Assembly: GCA_937903605.1 (NCBI GenBank)
Contig: CALCZC010000007.1
Span: 124,459-188,458 of the forward strand
DNA from: an uncultured bacterium
GTDB taxonomy: Bacteria > Patescibacteriota > Patescibacteriia > Magasanikbacterales > GWA2-37-8
Reading direction: 5' to 3'
DNA: 64,000 bases
In this document: positions 12,272 through 22,671 of the stretch, one piece after another
How positions within the stretch are numbered: the first letter of the stretch is position 1
Layout of the letters: every line of letters begins with the position of its first letter
Position numbers and translations under genes: made by a program
The notes under the pieces: model-generated
Told to the model about the DNA's origin: nothing
Databases searched by the model: none
The model's input: only the letters and a program-made list of their open reading frames with translations

Positions 12272-12344
12272 GCGCCCATAGCTCAGTGGTTAGAGCACTG
12301 CCCTTATAAGGCAGGGGTCGATGGTTCAAGTCCATCTGGGCGCA
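12272..12344 (+). tRNA. tRNA-Ile (anticodon UAU), CCA not encoded
   Basis: Full cloverleaf: acceptor GCGCCCA/TGGGCGC, D-arm GCTC/GAGC, anticodon arm CTGCC-CT-TAT-AA-GGCAG, T-arm GATGG-TTCAAGT-CCATC. Confidence 0.93.
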
Positions 12345-12499
12345 CGACAAATTTGTATTTTCTGCGAATGGCGCGAATATATCATCTACGCTCGAAGAAA
12401 ATAAAAATAAATTTTTGCTTTACTTCTCGCTTGATGATATAAGGCAAGGGTCGATGGTTCAATTCCATCTGGGCGCACCAAATAGTGTATAGAAAAGAT

Positions 12500-13465
12500 A
12501 TGGAAAAAATAAAAAAATTGATTGTCAAAAATACCGACGCTTATCAGCGTCTGGATTTGTTTTTAACGGAAAAATTGAACATTAGTCGCTCGCAAGTACA
12601 AAAAATGATTGAGAACAATCAAATTTTTATCAACGATATAGCCCCTAAAAAAACCGGTGAAAAAATTTCCACCAATGATATTGTTACTGTTTCAACCTTT
12701 AAAATCAGTAAACAAGAAAAAAAAGAAAACTTAATAAAAAAAGAAAGCGATGTTTCTTTACGTCCGGAAATAATCGCTGAAGAAAAAGATTTTTTAATAG
12801 TTAACAAACCATCCGGATTACTTACACATAACACGGAAAAAGAAGATTATTCGATGGCCGAATTTTTGGTTAAAAAATATCCAGAAATAAAACATGTCGG
12901 TGAAGATAAAAGCAGACCTGGCATAGTTCATCGCCTAGATAAAGAGGCTTCCGGTTTATTGGTTGTCGCACGCACTCAAGAAATGTTTGATTTTTTAAAA
13001 AAACAATTTCAAGACAGAACTATTGAAAAGGAATATTTTGTTTTGGTTCATGGGCAAGTTTCTGCCGATACTGCAATAATTGATTTTCCGCTTGAAAGAG
13101 GAAAAAACAATGAACGCATGGCCGCTTTACCTAAAATTGTCAAAGGAATAGAGAACGAAAAAGGAAAGGACGCTATAACAGAATTTTGGGTAGAAAAAAG
13201 ATTTGTCAATTTTTCTTTTCTAACCGTTAAAATTCACACCGGCCGTATGCATCAAATCCGCGCCCACTTTTTGGCCTATGATCATCCGGTAGTCGGAGAT
13301 ACTCTTTACTTTCAAAAAAAACAAAAACGAAAATGGGATGACGAACTTGGGAGATTATTTTTACACAGTTATAAATTGGAGTTTACGGATCTACAAGGCG
13401 AGAGAAAACATTATGAAATAGAGTTACCGGACGAATTAAAAGATTTTTTAAAGAAATTAAAATGA
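12500..13465 (+). CDS. rluD: RluA/RluD-family 23S rRNA pseudouridine synthase
   Basis: N-terminal S4 domain (RLDLFL..SRSQVQ), NKPSGL, GIVHRLDKEASG, HTGRMHQIR.H, GDTLY. Confidence 0.88.
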   Translation: MEKIKKLIVKNTDAYQRLDLFLTEKLNISRSQVQKMIENNQIFINDIAPKKTGEKISTNDIVTVSTFKISKQEKKENLIKKESDVSLRPEIIAEEKDFLIVNKPSGLLTHNTEKEDYSMAEFLVKKYPEIKHVGEDKSRPGIVHRLDKEASGLLVVARTQEMFDFLKKQFQDRTIEKEYFVLVHGQVSADTAIIDFPLERGKNNERMAALPKIVKGIENEKGKDAITEFWVEKRFVNFSFLTVKIHTGRMHQIRAHFLAYDHPVVGDTLYFQKKQKRKWDDELGRLFLHSYKLEFTDLQGERKHYEIELPDELKDFLKKLK

Positions 13466-13470
13466 TACAA

Positions 13471-13587
13471 AAATCCCAATTCCCAAATCCCAATGACCAA
13501 TCAAATCCTAAATCCCAAACCCTAAAAATATTTGGTCATTTGAACATTAGTCATTCATTGGGCATTGGACATTGGGGCTTAGTCATT
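13471..13587. repeat. Inverted array of degenerate heptamers (AATCCCA/AATGACC then TGGGCAT/GGTCATT)
   Basis: Head-to-head heptad arrays; homologous in reverse orientation to 25433-25570. Confidence 0.8.
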
Positions 13588-13633
13588 AAAAACATTCCAA
13601 TTTAAAAAAACCAAATTATAAATTGATATTATT

Positions 13634-14209
13634 ATGACAAAAAAAGGTTTACTTGTGATTATTTCCGCCCCATCCGGCAACGGCAAAGACACTGTTATTG
13701 AAGCTCTCTTAAAAATTATTCCGAATTCCACCAGATTTATTACCACCACTTCTCGCCCACCGCGTCCCGGCAACCAGGAAGGTGTAGATTATTATTTTAT
13801 TTCCAAGGAAGAATTTGAAAACAAAATAAAAAATAATGAATTTCTGGAATATAATTTTTACGCCGGAAATTATTATGGCACGGAAAAAAAACGTTTAGAA
13901 GAAATGCTCTCGAATCACTCTGTTGTATTCTCCGCTATTGAAGTCAACGGCAAACATAATTTGGATAAAGCCAAAGTTAAAAACCTTTCTATTTTCCTAT
14001 TACCGGACAGCCTGGAAATTCTCAAAAATCGCATTCGTCAAAGGGGTGGAGTAAGTGAGGAGATAATAGAAGAAAGGATGAAAACAGCTAAATATGAAAT
14101 AGAAAATTCTCTAGACTATGACTACAGGATAGTCAACGAAAATGGTAAATTAGACGAAACTATTGATAAATTAGCCAAAATTATCCTTTCTGAAATCGCC
14201 AAAAGCTGA
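13634..14209 (+). CDS. gmk: Guanylate kinase
   Basis: SAPSGNGKDT P-loop, TTSRPPRPG.EGVDYYF, YYGT. Confidence 0.95.
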   Translation: MTKKGLLVIISAPSGNGKDTVIEALLKIIPNSTRFITTTSRPPRPGNQEGVDYYFISKEEFENKIKNNEFLEYNFYAGNYYGTEKKRLEEMLSNHSVVFSAIEVNGKHNLDKAKVKNLSIFLLPDSLEILKNRIRQRGGVSEEIIEERMKTAKYEIENSLDYDYRIVNENGKLDETIDKLAKIILSEIAKS

Positions 14210-14276
14210 AATATTGACAAAAAAACAAATTTAGGCTAAGATAATAGCACTTTATTAATTTTCAAACAGTTTTAAT

Positions 14277-14618
14277 ATGACTGAAGAAACCAAAAATACA
14301 GCCGCACCGGTAGAATATAAACCGGGAATGGTGGTAAAAGTTCACCAAAAAATTAAAGAAATGAATACCAAAGGAGAAGAAAAAGAACGTATTCAGATTT
14401 TTGAAGGTATTATTATTGCTGCTAAACATGGCAATGAAGCCGGAGCAACTATTACCGTTCGTAAAATTTCCGAAGGTATCGGTGTAGAAAAAATATTTCC
14501 TCTTCGAGCACCGGTAGTTGCTAAAATAGAAATTGTGAAACAAATGATTGTCCGCCGAGCAAAATTACATCATCTACGTGATCCGAAATTTAAAAGAAAA
14601 ATGAAAGAAATAAAGTAA
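14277..14618 (+). CDS. rplS: 50S ribosomal protein L19
   Basis: KERIQIFEGIII, TITVRKISEGIGVEKIFP, VRRAKL. Confidence 0.96.
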   Translation: MTEETKNTAAPVEYKPGMVVKVHQKIKEMNTKGEEKERIQIFEGIIIAAKHGNEAGATITVRKISEGIGVEKIFPLRAPVVAKIEIVKQMIVRRAKLHHLRDPKFKRKMKEIK

Positions 14619-14759
14619 GTTGAAAGTATAAAGTTGAAAGTTAAAAGTTATAGGATTTTTAAAAATAAACTAAAAAAGTTTCCTTTTTCAAAGGAAACTT
14701 TTTTAATATATAAATCTAGAAAACATCTAACTTTCTACTTTCTACTTTTGACTTTACAC

Positions 14760-17579
14760 TTACTTCAAATACTTCCCTGTCCAGCTTCTTTTATTTTTTA
14801 TAACATCTTGCACAGTTCCCGCCACGACCAATTCACCGCCTTTTTTTCCACCCTCTGGACCAAGTTCGATAACCCAATCTGAATTTTTGATAACATCCAA
14901 GTTGTGTTCAATTATCAAAACAGAATTCCCCTTTTCAACCAATTGTTTTAAAACCAGGAGCAGACGTTTAACATCTTCAAAGTGTAACCCAGTAGTCGGT
15001 TCGTCTAAAATATACAGGGTTTTTCCGGTAGAGGCCCGGGATAACTCTGTGGCTAATTTTATTCTTTGAGCCTCACCGCCAGAAAGTGTGGTGGCCGGTT
15101 GACCGAGTTCCAAATAACCCAACCCTACCTGACGTAAAACATTCAATTTGTCGGCAATTTGTCTTTGATCCACAAAAAATTTATACGCTTCTTCTATAGT
15201 CATTTTCAGAACTTCGGCAATGTTTTTACCATGATAATGAATATCCAGAGCTTCTTGGTTGTAACGAGAACCGTTGCAGTCGTTACATACTACAAAAACA
15301 TCGGCTAAAAATTGCATCGGGATACGAATATAGCCTTCGCCAGCACAAGTTTCACAACGACCGCCACCTTTAACGTTAAAACTAAATTTTCCAGCATCAT
15401 AACGACGCATTCGGCTTTCCGGTAAAGAAGCATAAAGATCACGAATAAGTGTAAAGACTCCTGTATAAGTTGCCGGATTACTGCGTGGTGTGCGACCAAT
15501 CGGACTTTGATCAATAGCAATAACTTTATCAATATTATCAACACCTTTTATTTCTTTATGAATTCCGGGTTCGTCTTTGGCACGATAAAAATATTTGGAT
15601 AAATATTTTCCCAAAATATCCACTATCAAGGTTGATTTACCCGAACCTGAAACACCGGTGACGCAAACCAATTTGGAAAGAGGAATTTCAACATTGATAT
15701 TTTTCAAATTAAAACCTTGAGCGCCGATAATGCTGATATTTTTCTGTTTTTCTTTTTTATTTTCTTTTTTCTTGCGTAAATCATCTTCAAAGTCATCTGA
15801 AACATCGGCTTTACCAAAAAGATAATCGGCGGTCAGAGAGTTTTTTGCTTTTTTTATTTCCGCCAAAGTTCCGGCCGCAATTATTTGTCCACCGTAAATA
15901 CCCGCTCCCGGACCAACATCTATCAAATAGTCGGCTTCTTTCATAATAGCCGCATCGTGCTCAACCACAATCACAGTATTGCCTAAATCTCTCAAATATT
16001 TCAGAGTGTCTATCAATTTTTGATTATCCCGGGAATGTAAGCCGACAGACGGTTCATCCAAAACGTAAATCACTCCGGTTAAACCCGAAGAAAGCTGAGT
16101 GGCCAATCTGACACGGGTCGCTTCTCCACCGGAAACCGTATTCATCGAACGTGTCAAACTCAAATAATCCAACCCAACTCGAGATAAGTTTTCTAATCTA
16201 ACCAAAATTTCTTTTACTACCGGCTCTATAATGTATTTTTTGGTTAAACCGTTTTTCTTGATTAAATTTCTAAAAAATACAATGCTGTCTTCAATATTCA
16301 TCTCGGATAATTGAGCAATATTAAAACCTTCAAATTTGACGGCTAACGAATCTTTTTTTAGTTTTCTACCAAAACATAGAGAACAAATCTGTTCTCTCAT
16401 ATATTGTTCTATTTCTTTTCGAATATAATCGGAATCGGTTTGCAAATGACGTTGACGTAAATCTTCTAAAACACCTGGGAAATTAATTTTTTTACCTTCT
16501 ATTTCATAAATCTCTTTTCCGGTCCCTTTCAAAATAATATCCATTGTCTTGGAAGACAGAGAAGATACTGGAATTTCAACAGAAAAACCATGTTTGTCAG
16601 CTACAGCCTTAAGTATTTTTTGATAATAACTTTGATTACCGGTGATACGCGTCCAAGGCTGTATTGCTCCTTCCAAGAGCGAAAGTCGCGGATTTGGTAT
16701 GACCAAAGCCGGATCAACTTCCATGGTAATACCAAGGCCCGTACAACGCGGACAAGCACCAAACGGACTGTTAAAGCTAAAATTACGGATATCTAGATCG
16801 GGCATTATCCTACCGCATTTCAAACAAAGTCCAGAAGTAGAAAAAAATTTATCTTCTTTGTCCGTACCAACATAAAGTAATCCATTGCTCAAATCAAGGG
16901 CTGTCTCCACCCACTTGGTCGGGTCTTGTTTTTTGATGTCATTTATTTTTCCGATAAGTAATTCTACTTGGTATTTTTTTTTCGGATCAAAAGCCAAAGC
17001 GGCTAATTCGTTTATTTTAATTACTTTTCCATTTACCCGCACATGGTCATATCCTGATTGTTCCACTTTTTCCAACAAAACTCTTGATTGTTCAACCGCT
17101 TCATTGCGTACCAAAGGAGATAAAATCAAAATTTCTTTATTTTTTCTACCTAAATCGCGGACTTGTTCCACAATCTCACCGGTGGTATAAGAAACAACTT
17201 CTTCTTCACATTCAGAGCAATATTGTTTTCCGGCTCGAGCAAAAAGCAAACGCAAAAAATCATAAATCTCCGTCACCGTACCGACGGTAGAACGAGGATT
17301 TTGGGTATTGATGCGTTGATCAATAGCAATAGTTGGTGACAAACCTTCTATTCCATCAATGTCGGGTTTGTCGCGAACTTCCATAAACTGACGCGCATAA
17401 GCAGATAGACTTTCCGCATAACGACGTTGACCTTCGGCATAAATAGTATCAAAAGCCAAACTGGACTTTCCCGAACCGGACAGACCGGTGATAACTACCA
17501 ATTTATTTTTCGGGATATTTATTGAAATGTTTTTGAGATTATGTACTCGAGCTCCTTTGATTTTAAGCATTTCCGGCAT
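14760..17579 (-). CDS. uvrA: Excinuclease ABC subunit A
   Basis: Two ABC ATPase domains ([18 protein letters not shown]), [13 protein letters not shown] zinc finger, [12 protein letters not shown]. Confidence 0.97.
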   Translation of the reverse strand: MPEMLKIKGARVHNLKNISINIPKNKLVVITGLSGSGKSSLAFDTIYAEGQRRYAESLSAYARQFMEVRDKPDIDGIEGLSPTIAIDQRINTQNPRSTVGTVTEIYDFLRLLFARAGKQYCSECEEEVVSYTTGEIVEQVRDLGRKNKEILILSPLVRNEAVEQSRVLLEKVEQSGYDHVRVNGKVIKINELAALAFDPKKKYQVELLIGKINDIKKQDPTKWVETALDLSNGLLYVGTDKEDKFFSTSGLCLKCGRIMPDLDIRNFSFNSPFGACPRCTGLGITMEVDPALVIPNPRLSLLEGAIQPWTRITGNQSYYQKILKAVADKHGFSVEIPVSSLSSKTMDIILKGTGKEIYEIEGKKINFPGVLEDLRQRHLQTDSDYIRKEIEQYMREQICSLCFGRKLKKDSLAVKFEGFNIAQLSEMNIEDSIVFFRNLIKKNGLTKKYIIEPVVKEILVRLENLSRVGLDYLSLTRSMNTVSGGEATRVRLATQLSSGLTGVIYVLDEPSVGLHSRDNQKLIDTLKYLRDLGNTVIVVEHDAAIMKEADYLIDVGPGAGIYGGQIIAAGTLAEIKKAKNSLTADYLFGKADVSDDFEDDLRKKKENKKEKQKNISIIGAQGFNLKNINVEIPLSKLVCVTGVSGSGKSTLIVDILGKYLSKYFYRAKDEPGIHKEIKGVDNIDKVIAIDQSPIGRTPRSNPATYTGVFTLIRDLYASLPESRMRRYDAGKFSFNVKGGGRCETCAGEGYIRIPMQFLADVFVVCNDCNGSRYNQEALDIHYHGKNIAEVLKMTIEEAYKFFVDQRQIADKLNVLRQVGLGYLELGQPATTLSGGEAQRIKLATELSRASTGKTLYILDEPTTGLHFEDVKRLLLVLKQLVEKGNSVLIIEHNLDVIKNSDWVIELGPEGGKKGGELVVAGTVQDVIKNKRSWTGKYLK

Positions 17580-17596
17580 AAATATTTATTTTTATT

Positions 17597-19171
17597 TTAA
17601 TCACCTAAATGTTGGACATAAGTACCACCATCACAATAATAAACACCTGTTTCATTTGGCTGACGAAAACCAGTTTTAAAATTATTTTTAATAAATAAAC
17701 TCGTTAGGCTTTCATCTCCTTTGCAAACCCCTTGTTTTCCTTCAACAGGATAACTATTCTCGATACCTACACCCTGATAAAGACCAAGAAAACCATACAT
17801 AGCTTTCAGATCGGTTGTTTGATCAATCTTATATTCTAAACATGACCCATTGCTTCTTACAAAAGTATAACATCCTTTATAAAACCCTTGACTTTCGCAG
17901 TCTAAATTATTACTACAGGCGCCTCCACTCTGTGTTCCGCCTGTTCCACAAAAACCTATTGTAGAGGCCACTCTTACACATTTTAGAGGACTATTGCAGT
18001 TTGTATCTTCAACACAAGAAGATCCTGAGTTGCCATCGGTACATGCACTTAAATTACTAGCAACAGGGCGACACAAACAAGTGGCGCTAGTTTGTCTACA
18101 AGCAGCACAGTTACTATCGTCGTTACAAACCGCATTTAGCTTACCACTACTGCAAATACCTAAATCAGACCCTGTCCAACAACTTAAACCTGTAGTTGCA
18201 GGAACAACTAAACAAGCGAGTCCTTCAGCACATTTGGATTTTTTCCCGGTCGGATCGCAAAAAGAACCGGCAGACGCACTCTGATTCCCGATAACACAAA
18301 CACCCACTGGGGAAGTTTCAAGAAATTTATCTTGAGCATAAAGATAACCACCTATTTTTGCTACCGCGACTAATTTTCCACCAGACAATAATAAATTACC
18401 CACAACCGCTCCACCTGGAATAGGGGTTGCTAACACAGCTACATTGGCAGCAAGTTGTATAGAATTTCTAACTAATTTAGCACAAGGCCCCTCTAAACCG
18501 TCTGCTCCCAGTGCTTGGCAATAAGCATTTGGATTATTGTAATGAGCCTGACATTTACCATTTTCTTTTTCTCCTCCTTTTGGATCGCAACTAGCCAAAT
18601 TTTCCGAAGATACTGGTACTTCTCTTATCAGATATATTTGAGGTAAACGCAAATTTATTGTGTTTGGATTTATCATGTTTAAAATAGTATAGGACATGTA
18701 AGCCAAAGCTAGACCAATAATCGCTCCGGAAATTTTCTTTTTGGCACTACTTATCATTTCTTGACTACCAGCTGATCCTACATATTGTATGCCAGCTACA
18801 ATAATCATTATTGACGATAATATTGCCAAAATTACCAAAGCATAATTATAAATGGTTTTGATGTAATAACCAATATTGGAAAATTTAGCATTTCCACCAA
18901 AAGAAACTTGTGTTATTGTCGCTCCACCAGCCAAACATTTTCCCCATTTATAACTATCATTATTTTCTCTATCCTTTAAATAGCCGGGGCAAATTTCTGG
19001 ATCTAATACAAAAGCATCTTTATTGGCCCTATAATCTACACAATCTTTTTGAAGCCAACAAAGGGGATTTTTTTCCGGTGGTGTATCATCAGACCAAACA
19101 GTTTCTGAAAACAAAAAAACTCCCGACAAAAAAAGAGTTAGAAAAGAAACCAAAATTATTTTTTTATTCAT
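17597..19171 (-). CDS. CPR-type TrbC/VirB2-like pilin-domain protein with long Cys-rich extracellular repeats
   Basis: Signal peptide; [28 protein letters not shown]...[12 protein letters not shown]...ILNMINP pilin signature; many C-x5-C-type repeats. Confidence 0.8.
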   Translation of the reverse strand: MNKKIILVSFLTLFLSGVFLFSETVWSDDTPPEKNPLCWLQKDCVDYRANKDAFVLDPEICPGYLKDRENNDSYKWGKCLAGGATITQVSFGGNAKFSNIGYYIKTIYNYALVILAILSSIMIIVAGIQYVGSAGSQEMISSAKKKISGAIIGLALAYMSYTILNMINPNTINLRLPQIYLIREVPVSSENLASCDPKGGEKENGKCQAHYNNPNAYCQALGADGLEGPCAKLVRNSIQLAANVAVLATPIPGGAVVGNLLLSGGKLVAVAKIGGYLYAQDKFLETSPVGVCVIGNQSASAGSFCDPTGKKSKCAEGLACLVVPATTGLSCWTGSDLGICSSGKLNAVCNDDSNCAACRQTSATCLCRPVASNLSACTDGNSGSSCVEDTNCNSPLKCVRVASTIGFCGTGGTQSGGACSNNLDCESQGFYKGCYTFVRSNGSCLEYKIDQTTDLKAMYGFLGLYQGVGIENSYPVEGKQGVCKGDESLTSLFIKNNFKTGFRQPNETGVYYCDGGTYVQHLGD

Positions 19172-19183
19172 ATCCCTAAAAAA

Positions 19184-19927
19184 TTAAGGGTTTAAAATGG
19201 AAGAAATCATATCCTCCCAACTATTTAAAGGTATATCACCTTGTATTTTATAACCATTTATAAAAAAGGTTGGGGTACCCATTACGCCATATTTATAACC
19301 TGTGGCGTAATCAAGATTAATCTCAATTTTAGTTTTATCTGAAATCAAACAAGAATTAAATTGTATACTGTCAGCACCAATATAATTAATAAAACTATTA
19401 ATAGTTTCAGCGGTTAAATTTTGTGTCAATTCATCTTGATGGGAAAAAATATAGTCATGAGCCAGCCAATAAAGTCCCTGTTCATGGGCACAATGTGCCA
19501 TTTCCGAAATTTTTGAGGCTCCCGGGTGCAATGATTCTATTGGAAAATTTCTCACTATAAATTTAATTCTTTGACCGTATTTATCAATTATTTGACGAAT
19601 GACAGGATCTTGTTGTTTACAAACCGGACATTTAAAATCAATAAATTCTACAATTACTATTTCCGCCTCAGAATTTCCCAAAAAAGGCCTATCTTTTTTT
19701 TCCAATTCTTCTCTGGTAGCCATAATCTGTAAATCTGATTGTTGATTGCCAAAAATCATTTTGCGCAATTCATCTCCATAGCCTTGTTTGATCAAACTCT
19801 GATAACGCCAAGTCAAAAGACCGATAGCTATAGAAAGAGAAACCAAAAGACAAGCAACAACTATAATTGTGACCCCCCACCACTGTTTATACCAGCTTTT
19901 TTTAGCTAAAAATTGGAAATTTTCCAT
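19184..19927 (-). CDS. DsbA-family thiol-disulfide oxidoreductase, membrane anchored
   Basis: EFIDFKCPVC, RNFP, GVMGTPTFFING. Confidence 0.9.
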   Translation of the reverse strand: MENFQFLAKKSWYKQWWGVTIIVVACLLVSLSIAIGLLTWRYQSLIKQGYGDELRKMIFGNQQSDLQIMATREELEKKDRPFLGNSEAEIVIVEFIDFKCPVCKQQDPVIRQIIDKYGQRIKFIVRNFPIESLHPGASKISEMAHCAHEQGLYWLAHDYIFSHQDELTQNLTAETINSFINYIGADSIQFNSCLISDKTKIEINLDYATGYKYGVMGTPTFFINGYKIQGDIPLNSWEDMISSILNP

Positions 19928-20104
19928 AAAAAATACTATGGTTTTATCCTACCACGAAATTCCAAACTAATCAAGAGTGACAAAGCAATACATCAGATTT
20001 TTCATTTTAGCTTAAAAAAGCTTAAAATTAACGATCGTCTTGATTATTGACATAACCATCCTTTTGTGTTATAATTTCCAAAGACATTAAACTTCTTAAT
20101 TTTT

Positions 20105-20323
20105 ATGAAATCTCTAATTTTAAACATAATTCAGCTTGTTTTAGCCATTGTTTTGATTATTATTATTCTTTTACAGCAAAAAGGAACCGGTTTATCCGGA
20201 GTTTTTGGCGGATCTTCCAATGTCTATAGCACAAAACGAGGTATTGATAAGATACTTTTTTACGCTACCATAGTAGTTTCCATACTCTTCTTCGGTATTT
20301 CTTTTATCAGATTATTCTGGTAA
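20105..20323 (+). CDS. secG: Preprotein translocase subunit SecG
   Basis: Two TM segments, ILLQQKGTGLSGVFGG...TKRG. Confidence 0.93.
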   Translation: MKSLILNIIQLVLAIVLIIIILLQQKGTGLSGVFGGSSNVYSTKRGIDKILFYATIVVSILFFGISFIRLFW

Positions 20324-20372
20324 AATAAAAAGGCTTCTTAAAATAATTTATCTTCTTTAAGTAACACCGAAA

Positions 20373-22322
20373 ATGAAATTACCGGACTTTTTTAAATTCA
20401 GCAAAAAGAAGACCGGCGTTTTATTGAAAGATTTTGATCAAACTTTGGTTAAAAAAATCAATAAAAAACGCTTCCCTTCTTGGGCACAAATCAAATACTT
20501 TTTTTATTTTTTAAATAAAAAAGAAAGAGCTGTTTTTTGGTCGGCTTTTTTATTGAGCTTAGTCACCGGTTTAATTTGGTTTATTTTTTATATTTTTTCT
20601 CATCTCTTTGTTTTACCAACCATTGGTGGAGAATATACGGAAGGATTGATTGGATCACCAAAATTGATAAATCCGATTTTTGAAACAGTCAATGATGTTG
20701 ATGGCGATATCTCATCTTTACTTTATGCCAAACTTTTTAAGCATGGAGAAAACAGACAAATATTCCCCGAATTAGTGGAAAGTTATGAACTTAGTGAAGA
20801 TAAAAAAATATACACTTTTAAATTAAGAGACGATGCTTATTGGAGTGACGGAAAAAAAATTACTTCAAATGACGTGGCTTTTACCATAGACTCTATTCAG
20901 AATCCGGAAGTTGGCAGTCCGCTTTTCGGATCATTTCAAGGAGTTTTGGTAGAAAAAATAGATGATTTAAAATTTTCCTTAACTTTAAAAGAGCCTTTTG
21001 CTCCTTTTTTAAACAGTTTGGTTTTTGGCCTTATCCCCGAACACATTTTTGGGCAAATGAATCCTGCTAATATTCGTTTAGCCAAAGACAATTTACAACC
21101 AGTGGTTGTTTCTGGACCTTACAAATTTACCAAGCTCTTAAAGGATAGCTCTACCAATAAAATTCAGACCTATACTCTGGAAAAAAATAATGAATATTTT
21201 GGAAACAAACCCTATCTAGAGACTATTATCTTCAAATTTTATGAGGACTTTGATTTAGCTTTAACTGATTTACGCAATCAAACTATTGACGGTTTGGGTT
21301 TTATCTCGGCTGAAAATAAAGAAAAGATAGCAAGTAAGAATTTCAATCTTTATGATTTACAATTACCTCAATATACCGCTTTATTTTTTAATCAAACAAA
21401 AGAGCCATTGCTAAAAGACGAAACCTTACGAACTTGTTTAGCTATGGGTATTGATAAAACAAAGATTTTGGAACAAGTTTTCAAAAATAACGCACAGACA
21501 GTTCATGCTCCAATATTAAAAAATGAATTGGGTTATTACCCGGATATCAAAAAAATATCTTTTGGTGTTGATGAGGCTAACGGCTTGCTTGATAAAAATT
21601 GGACCAGAGTGGAACCGGAAAAGTTTTTAGAAATCCGTCAAAATCAAATTCTAAAAACCTTGAGAGAAAAGTATCCTGTTACAACCTCAAGTGAAAACTC
21701 TGAAGAAATCACGGCTCCGATCATAAATTTGGAAGAAGAAACCCAAAAATTATTACAAGAAGAAATCGATTCTACCCAACCATTTTATCGAAAAGATAAA
21801 AATGAAAATATTTTGTCTCTGGTTATCACCACCGCGAATATTCCGGAGTATATAAACACCGCCAATATAATAGCTTCTTTTTGGAAGAATCTCGGAATCA
21901 AAACTACAGTAGAAATAATAGATAGTCAAAGAATAATCAAGGAAAATATTCGTGAAAGAAATTATTCCATTTTGCTTTTTGGCCAGGTTTTAGGCGGAGA
22001 TCCCGATCCTTACGCTTTTTGGCATTCCAGTCAAACCCAGTTTCCAGGCTTAAATCTAGCCCTATTTTCCGATAGAGATGCGGATAAATTACTTGAAGAT
22101 GCTCGGATAACGGATGATAAAACTAAACGCGAAGAGTCTTATAAAAAATTTCAAGATATTTTAGCCAAAAAAATTCCAGCTATATTTCTCTACACTCCGA
22201 CTTACAGCTACGCTGTAAATAAAAATATAAAAGGAGTCAGTATTGGACCAATTTTGACCCCGGCCGATCGTTTCACCTCTTTGAATAAATGGTATATTAA
22301 AACGGCTAAACAGTGGAAATAA
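20373..22322 (+). CDS. ABC transporter substrate-binding protein, family 5 (peptide/nickel)
   Basis: INPIF, YTFKLRDDAYWSDG..ITSNDVAFT, SGPYK, DPDPYAFWHS. Confidence 0.88.
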   Translation: MKLPDFFKFSKKKTGVLLKDFDQTLVKKINKKRFPSWAQIKYFFYFLNKKERAVFWSAFLLSLVTGLIWFIFYIFSHLFVLPTIGGEYTEGLIGSPKLINPIFETVNDVDGDISSLLYAKLFKHGENRQIFPELVESYELSEDKKIYTFKLRDDAYWSDGKKITSNDVAFTIDSIQNPEVGSPLFGSFQGVLVEKIDDLKFSLTLKEPFAPFLNSLVFGLIPEHIFGQMNPANIRLAKDNLQPVVVSGPYKFTKLLKDSSTNKIQTYTLEKNNEYFGNKPYLETIIFKFYEDFDLALTDLRNQTIDGLGFISAENKEKIASKNFNLYDLQLPQYTALFFNQTKEPLLKDETLRTCLAMGIDKTKILEQVFKNNAQTVHAPILKNELGYYPDIKKISFGVDEANGLLDKNWTRVEPEKFLEIRQNQILKTLREKYPVTTSSENSEEITAPIINLEEETQKLLQEEIDSTQPFYRKDKNENILSLVITTANIPEYINTANIIASFWKNLGIKTTVEIIDSQRIIKENIRERNYSILLFGQVLGGDPDPYAFWHSSQTQFPGLNLALFSDRDADKLLEDARITDDKTKREESYKKFQDILAKKIPAIFLYTPTYSYAVNKNIKGVSIGPILTPADRFTSLNKWYIKTAKQWK

Positions 22323-22354
22323 AAGTAATCAGTATTTCAAAGTCCGACAAATAT

Positions 22355-22436
22355 GGGCGAGTGGCGGAATTGGTATACGCGTACGTCTCAGAAGCGTATG
22401 GGGAAACCCATGAGAGTTCAAATCTCTTCTCGCCCA
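22355..22436 (+). tRNA. tRNA-Leu (anticodon CAG), CCA not encoded
   Basis: GGGCGAGTGGCGGAATTGGTATACGC; anticodon arm TACGT-CT-CAG-AA-GCGTA; long variable arm GGG-GAAA-CCC; T-arm GAGAG-TTCAAAT-CTCTT. Confidence 0.93.
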
Positions 22437-22671
22437 CAACGCTAAGCGTTGTAATCGGGACGCTCAGCGTCCCACGTTTTCTTATTTATCAAAATTATTA
22501 TTCAAGACAGACTTCAAACAACTGTCTTGAGCAGTTTATAAATTTAACTTATTAATTTAAAATTCAAAAGTCAAAAATTAAAATTACAATTTAAAATTCA
22601 AAATAACAGAAAATTTTTATTGTTGAATTGAAATTTTGCATTTTACATTTTGACTTTTAACTTAATTACTT

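Larger units (their letters stand above)
12173..12480 (+). pseudogene. Split outer tRNA-Ile(UAU): 5' half 12173-12229 (20-bp insert in the D-stem), 3' half 12438-12480 ending in CCA
   Basis: Both halves match the inner tRNA (two substitutions in the 3' half) and are separated at the anticodon TATA by ~210 nt. Confidence 0.85.

Noticed and set aside
12230-12437. Group I intron in the tRNA anticodon loop
   Set aside because: No recognisable P7 core or terminal G. The insert consists of a whole tRNA plus simple hairpins, and the outer 5' half is disrupted in the D-stem.
13463-14209. Alternative genetic code (UGA = Gly, code 25)
   Set aside because: TGA terminates rluD and gmk at the expected lengths, and long genes are open under code 11.
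22437-22473. Two small palindromes after tRNA-Leu as an attachment site
   Set aside because: No duplicated tRNA 3' end and no integrase nearby; more likely processing or terminator hairpins.
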